DNA from: a bacterium
GTDB taxonomy: Bacteria > Elusimicrobiota > Elusimicrobia > UBA1565 > UBA9628
NCBI GenBank assembly: GCA_021806745.1
Contig: JAJZQS010000002.1
Location: 1-51,101, forward strand
DNA: 51,101 nucleotides
Direction: 5' to 3'
In this document: positions 17,996-25,948 of the stretch, in pieces
Layout: each line of letters starts with the position of its first letter
How positions within the stretch are numbered: position 1 is the first letter of the stretch
Position numbers and translations under genes: made by a program
Notes under the pieces: generated by a model
What the model saw: the letters and a program-made list of their open reading frames with translations, nothing else
Told to the model about the DNA's origin: nothing
The model's database searches: none

Positions 17996-19831
17996 ATGAG
18001 ACCGACGCCCCGCCGACGCTCACGATTGCGCGCATGGACCGCGGCCGCCTTGTCGCTGAGCCTGGCCGCGCTCGACGCGCCGGCCTACGCGCAGCGCCGA
18101 CAGGCCGAGCCCGAGGCCAACCCCGACTTCCAGAAGCAGATGGCCGCTCCGACCAGCGATTCCGGAGGACCCGTCGCGGAGCCCGGCGGCGCCGCGCCGA
18201 CGGCGGGCGCCGCGGCCGCCCCGGCCGCGGCCGACTCCGGAACCGCGGCGGTCGCCGAACCGCGCAGCGTACAGAGCGTCCAAATCGGCGCGGAGGCCGC
18301 TCCCGCGCCCGAAGTCCAGACCGAAACCTCTCCGTTGGAGACCCGCGTCACCGTTCGCGTCAAGGGCGTGCCGCTGGCCACGTTCCTGGACACGATCTCG
18401 GCGCAGGCAAAGATCAATTTCATCATCACCGAGGGATTGGAGGAAAAGCGCGTCACCGCGTTCCTGGAAAACGTCACCGTCCGGGACGCCCTCCAGGTTC
18501 TCCTTGAGATCAAGGGATTGACCTACCAGCGCATCGGCAAGACCAACACCTATGTCGTGGCCCAGCGTTCGCGGCAGGCGGAAAACCTCATCACCCGCAT
18601 CTACCCTCTGTCCTACATTCCGCTCATCGACTTGACCACCGCCAGTTCGCCGCAATTCAGCCAGAACAACCAGTCCTCGTTCGGCGGGTCCGGGGGAGGC
18701 TCGCCCACGCCGCCTCCGGCGACGCCGGCTCCCTCCCCCAGCCCCGCGCCCGGCGCCGTGCAGGGAGGCAAGGGCGGCTCCAAGCCCTGCTCGTCGAAAA
18801 ACGTCAACATCGACATCGCTCGGATCCTCTGCACCGTGCTCAGCAAGGTCGGCGACATCGAAATCGAGCCGCGCACGAACTCGATCATCGTCACCGACAT
18901 CCCCGAGAGCTTCCCTCAAGTCGAGCAAATCCTGGCCGAGCTCGACAAAAAAGCGCCGCAGGTGCTCATCGAGACGCAGATCGTCGAAATCGACTCGACT
19001 CGAACCCGAAACCTCGGCTTCGAGTGGGGGGGACAGAACGGAGAGCTCGGCACTTTCACCGGAGGCAAGCGCGACACGACATTCCCGCTCGACATCCCCG
19101 GCAACAACAACAACACGCACTTCTTCGATCCGCTGTTCTTGCCCGGCGGCGTGATCAGCACCATCGGCCTGACCGCCGGAGGAATGTCCGGGGCATCGAC
19201 ACTGTCGCAAACCTCCACGACGGGCATCGGCGGGGTCGGCAGCACCACCCCCCAGCTGTTCGGTTCATATCTACAGACGAGCGTCTTGGACCTGACTTCG
19301 CTGACCATCACGCTGCGCGCGCTGGTGGAAAGCTCCGAGGCGCGCTTCTTGGGCAAGCCCAAGGTCCTCACGCTCAACAACAAGGCGGCGACCATCGAGA
19401 TCTCTCAATATCAAGCCGTCGCCATCGAAAGCACTCTCAACGGCGGCTTCGGCGTCTCGCAAGCGGTCAATCAGCCGGAGCGCTACACCACCGGAGTGAC
19501 GATGCAAGTGACCCCCCAGGTCAACAAGGACGGCTACATCACGATGCTCATCGCGCCCACATTCTCCAACGTCGAGGCCTCGGTGGTGTCCACGGCCCTG
19601 AACCCGGTCTACGATCCGTTGACGCGCGCCAGCGTCACCCTGGTCCGCGTCAAGAACGGGCAAACCGTGGTCATCGGCGGACTGCTCGAGTCCAACGAGA
19701 GCAAGGACGTGCGCAAGGTGCCCTTCCTCGGCTACATCCCGCTCATCGGCTGGCTGTTCACGAGCAGCCTCTACACGCGCACGAATCAGGATCTCGTGCT
19801 CTTCATCACGCCGACCATCGTCAGCGACTAG
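17996..19831 (+). CDS. pilQ: Secretin (PilQ / GspD family)
   Basis: 611 aa with signal peptide ...APAYA-Q. STN-like N domain (VRVKGVPLATFLDTISAQAKINFII). Conserved secretin C-terminus (KVPFLGYIPLIGWLFTS...LVLFITPTIV). GGAGGA SD. Confidence 0.9.
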   Translation: MRPTPRRRSRLRAWTAAALSLSLAALDAPAYAQRRQAEPEANPDFQKQMAAPTSDSGGPVAEPGGAAPTAGAAAAPAAADSGTAAVAEPRSVQSVQIGAEAAPAPEVQTETSPLETRVTVRVKGVPLATFLDTISAQAKINFIITEGLEEKRVTAFLENVTVRDALQVLLEIKGLTYQRIGKTNTYVVAQRSRQAENLITRIYPLSYIPLIDLTTASSPQFSQNNQSSFGGSGGGSPTPPPATPAPSPSPAPGAVQGGKGGSKPCSSKNVNIDIARILCTVLSKVGDIEIEPRTNSIIVTDIPESFPQVEQILAELDKKAPQVLIETQIVEIDSTRTRNLGFEWGGQNGELGTFTGGKRDTTFPLDIPGNNNNTHFFDPLFLPGGVISTIGLTAGGMSGASTLSQTSTTGIGGVGSTTPQLFGSYLQTSVLDLTSLTITLRALVESSEARFLGKPKVLTLNNKAATIEISQYQAVAIESTLNGGFGVSQAVNQPERYTTGVTMQVTPQVNKDGYITMLIAPTFSNVEASVVSTALNPVYDPLTRASVTLVRVKNGQTVVIGGLLESNESKDVRKVPFLGYIPLIGWLFTSSLYTRTNQDLVLFITPTIVSD

Positions 19832-19846
19832 AAACCTCGGCGCCAC

Positions 19847-19874
19847 TTGACAAGGGCCGCCCTGCGGTTATACT
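19847..19874 (+). promoter_or_regulatory. Internal sigma70-like promoter ahead of pilB
   Basis: TTGACA (19847..19852), 16-nt spacer, TATACT (19869..19874). AGGAGG SD at 19903..19908. Confidence 0.5.
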
Positions 19875-19920
19875 TCGTCTGCGCCGGGCCGCACTATAGC
19901 CTAGGAGGAAGCAAAAGCCC

Positions 19921-21645
19921 ATGTCCCAGTCTTTGGCCGACATCCTGGTCACTTCCGGCGTCTTGACGCAAGAACAGCGCGATAAAGCACAAAAAGTCGC
20001 CGTACAGACCAAGTGCCAATTCTCCGAGGCCGCCGTCAAGCTCGGCTTCACAAAGGAAGACGACATCGCCATCGCGCTGTCCAAGCAGTACGGGCTGCCC
20101 TACGCCTCGCGCGACAACAAGATCCTCAAGGCGCAGAAGGATCAGAATCTCGACAAGATATTGCCGGAGTCCTACGCGCGCCAGAATTTCATCCTCCCGC
20201 TGTTTCAAGACGAACGCACGCTGGCCGTGGCCATCTCCGACCCCGAGAACATGTTGCTGCTCGACAACGTCAAGATGCTCACCGGCCTCGAGATCCAGCC
20301 GTTCATCTCGACCAAGACCCAGATCATCAAGGCCATCGACGAGTTCTATCTCGGCGGCAGCATCATCGACAAGACCCTCGACTCCAAGAAGTCCGACGTC
20401 GAGGAGGTCGAGGAAACCTCCGCCTCCGACGAGCGGCTCAACCTCGATCAGGCCGGCGCCGACGGCGCCCAAGCCGTCGCGCTCGTCAACGCGATCCTCA
20501 AGCAGTCCACCCAGGAGCGCGCCTCGGACATCCACATCGAGAAATACGACGACCGCATCAGCATCCGCTTCCGCATCGACGGCGTTCTCTACGAACGCAC
20601 CCCTCCGCCCAAGCAGTTGTTCAGCGCCATCGTCTCGCGCCTGAAAATCCTTTCCAAGCTCGACATCGCCGAGCGCCGCCTGCCGCAGGACGGCCAGTTC
20701 TCGATCAAGGTCCAGAACCGCGTCATCGACCTGCGCGTTTCGATTTGCCCGTGCGTGTTCGGCGAGAAGGTCGTCATGCGCCTGCTCGACAAGGGCGCGG
20801 TCGACCTCGACATCAACAAGGTCGGCCTTGACCCGCGCCAGCGCGACGACATCATCGAGGCGGCCAACAAGCCCCACGGCCTATTCTTCATGACCGGCCC
20901 CACGGGCTCGGGAAAGACGACCACGCTCGGCGCCATCCTCAACACGATCAAGAGCCCCGAGATCAACATCATGACCATCGAGGACCCCGTTGAGATCCGC
21001 ATCGAGGGCGTCAACCAGGTGCAGGTCCGTTCGAACATCGGGCTCACCTTCGCCTCGGCGTTGCGCTCGTTTCTGCGCCAGGACCCCGACGTGATCCTCG
21101 TCGGCGAGGTCCGCGACCAGGAGACCGCGCAGACCTGCCTGCGCGCGGCGCTGACGGGCCACCTCGTGATCTCGACGCTGCACACCAACGACGCGCTCTC
21201 CTGCGTGGTGCGCCTCATCGACATGGGCATAGAGCCCTTCATGCTGGCGAACTCCCTGCAGCTCGCCGCGGCCCAGCGCCTGGTGCGCCTGTTGTGCCCG
21301 CACTGCAAGAAGCCCGCCAAGGTCCCGCTGGAGATGGCGCAAAGCGTCGTCAAAGACGCCCTGCTCGACCAGCCCCCGGACCCGGCTTCGGTCGTCTTCT
21401 ACGAGCCGCGCGGCTGCGACAAGTGCTCGCGCACCGGCTACATGGGCCGCAAGGCCATCTACGAGGTCTACAAGCTCAACGGCGCCATGCGCGAGATCAT
21501 CTATCGTTATGGCGGCGACATCGGCCGCCTGCGCGCCGCCGCCGAGGAGGCCGGGATGTGGACGATGCGCGCCTCCGGGTTTCGCAAGGTGCTCAACGGC
21601 CTGACCACGATCGAGGAAGTCATGTCGGTGACCATCGCCGACTAG
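19921..21645 (+). CDS. pilB: Type IV filament assembly ATPase (PilB / GspE family)
   Basis: 574 aa. N-terminal T2SSE_N-type domain. Walker A GPTGSGKTT. Tetracysteine CPHCKK...CDKCSRTGY. Confidence 0.95.
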   Translation: MSQSLADILVTSGVLTQEQRDKAQKVAVQTKCQFSEAAVKLGFTKEDDIAIALSKQYGLPYASRDNKILKAQKDQNLDKILPESYARQNFILPLFQDERTLAVAISDPENMLLLDNVKMLTGLEIQPFISTKTQIIKAIDEFYLGGSIIDKTLDSKKSDVEEVEETSASDERLNLDQAGADGAQAVALVNAILKQSTQERASDIHIEKYDDRISIRFRIDGVLYERTPPPKQLFSAIVSRLKILSKLDIAERRLPQDGQFSIKVQNRVIDLRVSICPCVFGEKVVMRLLDKGAVDLDINKVGLDPRQRDDIIEAANKPHGLFFMTGPTGSGKTTTLGAILNTIKSPEINIMTIEDPVEIRIEGVNQVQVRSNIGLTFASALRSFLRQDPDVILVGEVRDQETAQTCLRAALTGHLVISTLHTNDALSCVVRLIDMGIEPFMLANSLQLAAAQRLVRLLCPHCKKPAKVPLEMAQSVVKDALLDQPPDPASVVFYEPRGCDKCSRTGYMGRKAIYEVYKLNGAMREIIYRYGGDIGRLRAAAEEAGMWTMRASGFRKVLNGLTTIEEVMSVTIAD

Positions 21646-21670
21646 CACAGAATTCGCCCAGCCCTTCGCC

Positions 21671-21699
21671 TTGACAAGCGCTGGGGGGGGTATTACACT
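21671..21699 (+). promoter_or_regulatory. Internal sigma70-like promoter ahead of pilC and the pilins, with a G8 tract in the spacer
   Basis: TTGACA (21671..21676), 17-nt spacer agcgctGGGGGGGGtat, TACACT (21694..21699). It shares TTGACAAG...ACTTCG with the pilB promoter. Confidence 0.5.
21683..21690 (+). repeat. G8 homopolymer in the promoter spacer
   Basis: Eight consecutive G read directly (chunk ctgggggggg). Confidence 0.95.
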
Positions 21700-21717
21700 T
21701 CGAACGGGGCGCCCTTC

Positions 21718-22938
21718 ATGGCACGATTTTCCTATACGGTCCAAGACAGCCGCGGCGAGACCAGTTCCGGCGCCATCGAAGCCGGCGACGAGAACGAGGC
21801 GATCACCGCCCTCCAAGCGAAGGGGTTTTTTATCCTCTCCATCTCCGCCGACAAGGCCGCCGGAGAAAAGGGCGGCAAGGCCGGCGGTTCGGTCGCCATC
21901 CAGGACCTCGTGTTTTTCTCGGAGCAGTTGGCGACGCTGCTCAACGGCGGCGTGCCGCTGGTGCGCGCGCTGTCTTTGCTCGGCGAAAACTCCGGCTCCA
22001 AGGGCCTGCAGTTCGCCCTGGCGCAGGTGACCAAGGACGTGGCCAGCGGCACGGCTCTCTACAAAGCCTTGGAGAAGCATCCGAAGGTGTTCGACACGCT
22101 GTGGGTGTCGCTGGTGCAGGCCGGCGAGATGGGCGGCCAATTGCCGAAAGTGCTCAAGCAAATCGGCGCCTATCTGGCGTCCCAGGCCGAGCTTCAAGGC
22201 AAGATCATCACCGCTCTGGCCTATCCGGGCGTGCTGATGACCGTGTCGATGGGCGTGCTGCTGTTTTTCATCGTCAAGATCGTGCCGGTGTTCGCCGACA
22301 TTTTCTCCCAGTTCCACTTGAAACTGCCGCCGCTGACCCAGGCGATCATCTTTTTCTCGCGCCTGCTCGTCCAGCACCTCATCGGGCTGATCGTGACCGT
22401 CGCCAGCGTCTATTTCATCTGGAGCGCCTACACCTCCACGGAACCCGGCCAAGAGGCCAAATGGAATCTCATCTTCGGCTTTCCGTTTTTCGGAGACTTC
22501 ATCAAGAACATCCTCATCGAGCGCCTGCTGACGACGATGTCCACCCTCATCGAATCGGGCGTCAGCATCCTCAACGCGATCACGGTCCTGGAAGGCGTCT
22601 TCGCGCAAAACATCATTTTCCGCCGCCTGCTGGGCTCGGTCAAGAACGACGTCGCCGGGGGCAAGTCCATCTCCCAGGCTTTCAAGAAGACCGGCGCGCT
22701 GCCCAACCTCGTCACCGAAATGATCTTCATGGGCGAGGAGTCCGGAAAGCTCCCCGACATGCTGGTGACGCTGTCCTCGTTCTACAAGCAGCAAATCGAC
22801 CAGTTCACGCGCCGGTTCAACTCGATCGTCGAGCCGCTCATGGTCGTGGGCGTCGGCGTCATCGTCGGCGTCATCGTGCTGGCGGTGTTTTTGCCCATCT
22901 TCAAGCTCTCGACCATGGGCGGCGGAGGAGGCCACTGA
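21718..22938 (+). CDS. pilC: Type IV filament platform protein (PilC / GspF family)
   Basis: 406 aa. Duplicated T2SSF-type halves with three hydrophobic helices. Follows the ATPase gene. Confidence 0.9.
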   Translation: MARFSYTVQDSRGETSSGAIEAGDENEAITALQAKGFFILSISADKAAGEKGGKAGGSVAIQDLVFFSEQLATLLNGGVPLVRALSLLGENSGSKGLQFALAQVTKDVASGTALYKALEKHPKVFDTLWVSLVQAGEMGGQLPKVLKQIGAYLASQAELQGKIITALAYPGVLMTVSMGVLLFFIVKIVPVFADIFSQFHLKLPPLTQAIIFFSRLLVQHLIGLIVTVASVYFIWSAYTSTEPGQEAKWNLIFGFPFFGDFIKNILIERLLTTMSTLIESGVSILNAITVLEGVFAQNIIFRRLLGSVKNDVAGGKSISQAFKKTGALPNLVTEMIFMGEESGKLPDMLVTLSSFYKQQIDQFTRRFNSIVEPLMVVGVGVIVGVIVLAVFLPIFKLSTMGGGGGH

Positions 22939-23447
22939 TGCAACGCCTGGGACGCGGCGGCTACACGCTGATGGAACTGATCACCACGATCTTGATCATC
23001 GGTGTCCTTGCGGCCTTCGCCGTGCCCAACTACATCGGAACCGTCGAGACCAACAAATACGACGACGCGGTGGGGCTGACCAACCAAATCGGCATGACCA
23101 ACCGCATGTTCGCGCTCGATCACGCGGGAAGCTACTCCACCGGGCAGTTCATGGGCGCGAACTGCGCCTGCGCCGCCGGCACCTGCGCCGGCTACGGAGC
23201 CGGTCCTTTCCCCGCCTGCGCGCTGGTGTGCTGCAACTATCTCGGCGACCAACCCTGGAGCACGAAGCCCTACAACTTCTACGCCTGCGACCCGGGCACC
23301 GGCGGCGGGGGCGGAGGCTGCGCCGGCGGACTCGTGTCCGCCAGCCAGCGCAACGGCGGCATCGCCCCGTACAGCGGCTGGGGCGTGAACATGAGCAACG
23401 CGGGGACGATGAATGGAACCGGTGGGGCGCCGTCTCCGACTTACTAG
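22938..23447 (+). CDS. Prepilin-type protein 1 (likely major subunit), Cys- and Gly-rich
   Basis: 169 aa (last part of tracked ORF 22101..23447). ATG overlaps the pilC stop (TGATG). Class III signal MQRLGRGG/YTLMELITTILIIGVLAAFAVP with Glu5. Contains 8 Cys and a Gly6 run. Confidence 0.85.
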   Translation: MQRLGRGGYTLMELITTILIIGVLAAFAVPNYIGTVETNKYDDAVGLTNQIGMTNRMFALDHAGSYSTGQFMGANCACAAGTCAGYGAGPFPACALVCCNYLGDQPWSTKPYNFYACDPGTGGGGGGCAGGLVSASQRNGGIAPYSGWGVNMSNAGTMNGTGGAPSPTY

Positions 23448-24009
23448 GTCGCCCTCCTCGGGCTACACCCTCGTCGAGGTGGTGGTGGCCGCGTTGCTGG
23501 CCTCGATCATCGCGACCGCGGTCATGAGCGTCTCCCTGACCTCAAAAATGAACGGCGGCCAATCCGGCAAAAGCGACCGGCGCCTGCTCGCCGGTCATGC
23601 GATGAAGGACGTCTCCTCGGCGTTGCGCAATTTCGTCACCGCGTGCTGCGACATCAACCGCGACTGCATACTCTGGACCCCCGGAGTACCGGCTCCCGCA
23701 TATTCGTGCTATCCGTTGACCGGCCCCAATAGGGGCGGCGCCGACGGCGGTTGGACTTTCAACGGCTATCAATTGCCGTCCGGAACGGTTTCGGACCCCG
23801 CTTTCGCTGGCAAATACGCGCTCCTCTCCGGCACGCACAGGTTAGCGCACGTACTCCCCGCCTGGTTCGAGGCCGCGCCCTACAACGGCTACGTTCAGTA
23901 CACCGTCACTCCCGGGCCCAGCTATCCCTCGGGCGCTCCGTATCCGACCACGAACCAGGTGCCGCAAGTCGTCGTGACGGCCAATTGGACGGAGCCCGTG
24001 TCCCCATGA
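23413..24009 (+). CDS. Prepilin-type protein 2
   Basis: Motif SSG/YTLVEVVVAALLASIIATAV with Glu5. The start must lie inside the 3' end of the previous gene (ATG 23413 or GTG 23422). 4 Cys. Confidence 0.75.
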   Translation: MEPVGRRLRLTRSPSSGYTLVEVVVAALLASIIATAVMSVSLTSKMNGGQSGKSDRRLLAGHAMKDVSSALRNFVTACCDINRDCILWTPGVPAPAYSCYPLTGPNRGGADGGWTFNGYQLPSGTVSDPAFAGKYALLSGTHRLAHVLPAWFEAAPYNGYVQYTVTPGPSYPSGAPYPTTNQVPQVVVTANWTEPVSP

Positions 24010-24749
24010 AAACGAATCGCCGCGGCTTCACCCTGGTCGAATTGATGATCGCTCTGGCGCTCTCGTCGCTCGTGCTCTACGCCATCTTCAACGTGGTCGG
24101 CTCCATGACCAAGTTCCAGGGCGAAGCCGTGCGCAAAAGCTCGGTCAACGTCTGGAGCGAAGCCACTCTTTCGCAGATGACCACCGAAATCGAGAACGCC
24201 AACCTGCTTTATTTTCCGTCCCCGATGTATCCCGGCGCCAATGGAATCATGGGCTGCGCGAACTGGTCGTCATCGACCTACGGCGCCGGCGCGGGCGGGG
24301 CCCTGAATCCTTCCTCGTCGGTGACGCTGTTCTATTACTGCTACGACACGACCAGCGGGCCGATCATCGCGCCCAACACTCAGCCGGTCGCCTTCCTGCG
24401 GCGCATCTCGCGCTCCGGGGTCGGCGTCACCTGCCCCCCGCCGCCGGTCAATCCGGCAAGCCAGTCGTGCAACGCGGGCACGGTGCCGCCCGGGGGCGGC
24501 GGAGGAGTCATGACCAACGACGTGATCGCCACCGAAGTCAATCTCAACGGAACGCCCACGATGTTCACGTTCAACGCCAACAATCTCGGCGAAGGCGTCA
24601 ATTTGAACTTCATCGTGGGCGTGCCGACCTCCGGCTACGCGACCAGCGGCTCGGGCTCGCAGTCCGCGGCCGACATCGTCAACGCGCAATACATCACGGT
24701 GCAGCGCGCCATCGCCGTCATGCGCCCCTACATGAACTCCAACGACTGA
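24006..24749 (+). CDS. Prepilin-type protein 3
   Basis: 247 aa. ATGA overlap with the upstream gene. MKTNRRG/FTLVELMIALALSSLVLYAIF with Glu5. 4 Cys and a PPGGGGG run. Confidence 0.8.
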   Translation: MKTNRRGFTLVELMIALALSSLVLYAIFNVVGSMTKFQGEAVRKSSVNVWSEATLSQMTTEIENANLLYFPSPMYPGANGIMGCANWSSSTYGAGAGGALNPSSSVTLFYYCYDTTSGPIIAPNTQPVAFLRRISRSGVGVTCPPPPVNPASQSCNAGTVPPGGGGGVMTNDVIATEVNLNGTPTMFTFNANNLGEGVNLNFIVGVPTSGYATSGSGSQSAADIVNAQYITVQRAIAVMRPYMNSND

Positions 24750-24750
24750 C

Positions 24751-25149
24751 ATGAACTCGCGCGGAATCATCTTATTGCAGGTGCTGGTGGCCGGCATCAT
24801 CGTGGCCTTGATCGCCGCGGCCGTCCTGCGCGTGACCATCGGAGCGGGCTTTCTCACCGAACGCACCAACAGCGTCACGATCCAGAAGCGCGCGGATGAG
24901 GGCGGCTTCGCGCAGTTGATGGCCGTCTGGAACATGAACGGACCGTGCACGAGCATTCCCGGCGTCTACGCCTGCAGTTCCCCCGGCACCTGCAATTGCA
25001 CCTGCACGTCCCCGATCGCCGGCAATCCCAGAGTGGTCGCGAGCGGCGGCGGCCCGCCGTTCCAATTCCAGGGACAATGCGTGATCACCGCCACCGCGAC
25101 CGACACGGTCGGGCTGGCCGCGTCGGACAACGGAGCGGCGACCTATTAG
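24751..25149 (+). CDS. Prepilin-like protein 4 lacking Glu5 (GspK / PilX-like trait)
   Basis: 132 aa. MNSRG/IILLQVLVAGIIVALIAAAVL has Gln at +5. 6 Cys, including CNCTCTS. Confidence 0.65.
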   Translation: MNSRGIILLQVLVAGIIVALIAAAVLRVTIGAGFLTERTNSVTIQKRADEGGFAQLMAVWNMNGPCTSIPGVYACSSPGTCNCTCTSPIAGNPRVVASGGGPPFQFQGQCVITATATDTVGLAASDNGAATY

Positions 25150-25159
25150 CGCGCGGCGG

Positions 25160-25948
25160 CTGATCGTCACCGCCGACGACTTCGGCGACAGCGAGGAGGT
25201 CAACGCCGCCGTCGTGCGCGCGCACCGCGAGGGGATTTTGCGCTTCGCCAGCCTCATGGTGCTGCGGCCGGCCGCGCGGCGCGCCGCCGAACTCGCGCGC
25301 GAAAATCCCGGCCTCGGGGTCGGACTGCACCTGGAACTGTGCGCCGACGCGCCCGAGCGCGCGGGCCTGCGCTATTTTTTCAGCCCCCGCGCGCGGCGTG
25401 CGGTCGAAGGCGAGATCCGCTCGCAGATCGAAGCCTTGCTCTCGCTCGGAGTCAAGCCCACCCACGTCGACGGCCACATCAACGTCCACGTCCACCCGGT
25501 GATATTCCCGACGCTCTGCCGCCTGGCGCGCGAGTACGCGATCCCGCGCGTGCGGCTTCCTTCCGGCGAGCTTTCCGCGTCTCTTGCGGCCGCGCCCGGC
25601 GACCCGAAGCTGCCGCGCGCGCTCCTGGCCGGAGTTTTCGCGGCGATGGGAGCCTGGGTGCGCGGCTCGTCGCGCGGACTGCAAGTGCCCAGAACCTGGG
25701 GGCTGCTGCGCTCCGGACTCATGAGCGAGGACTACGTGCTGGGACTCCTTCGCCGCCTGCCGCCCGGCGACACCGAACTCTATTTCCATCCTCATTGCGA
25801 CCCGGCGACGGCGGTCGAAGACTCCGCCACGCCCAACCACCAGTCGCACAGCGAGTTGGCGACCTTGCTCAGCCCTCGAGTGCGCGCGGCGATCCAGGAG
25901 GCGGGCGTCGAGCTCGTGTCGCCGCAGACTCAGGCCGCGGCGGGTTGA
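25160..25948 (+). CDS. hpnK: YdjC-family deacetylase, hopanoid-associated HpnK type
   Basis: N-terminal LIVTADDFG and the metal motif HVDGHINVHVHP. The tracked ORF starts only at GTG 25214, but the conserved N-terminus is encoded upstream. The true start is non-canonical (CTG 25160 or ATT 25145). Confidence 0.7.
   Translation: MIVTADDFGDSEEVNAAVVRAHREGILRFASLMVLRPAARRAAELARENPGLGVGLHLELCADAPERAGLRYFFSPRARRAVEGEIRSQIEALLSLGVKPTHVDGHINVHVHPVIFPTLCRLAREYAIPRVRLPSGELSASLAAAPGDPKLPRALLAGVFAAMGAWVRGSSRGLQVPRTWGLLRSGLMSEDYVLGLLRRLPPGDTELYFHPHCDPATAVEDSATPNHQSHSELATLLSPRVRAAIQEAGVELVSPQTQAAAG

Noticed and set aside
19930-20001. MshEN-type c-di-GMP-binding motif at the PilB N-terminus
   Set aside because: SLADILVTSGVLTQEQRDKAQKVA matches only part of the 24-residue consensus (RLGxx[LVI][LVI]xxG[LVI][LVI]xxxxLxxxLxxQ). 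The Arg, the first Gly and the later Leu/Gln positions are missing, which is too degenerate to claim.
20881-22935. 684-aa minus-strand ORF opposite pilB and pilC
   Set aside because: It is an Asp/His/Arg/Gly-rich shadow ORF. pilB and pilC on the plus strand have unambiguous motifs.
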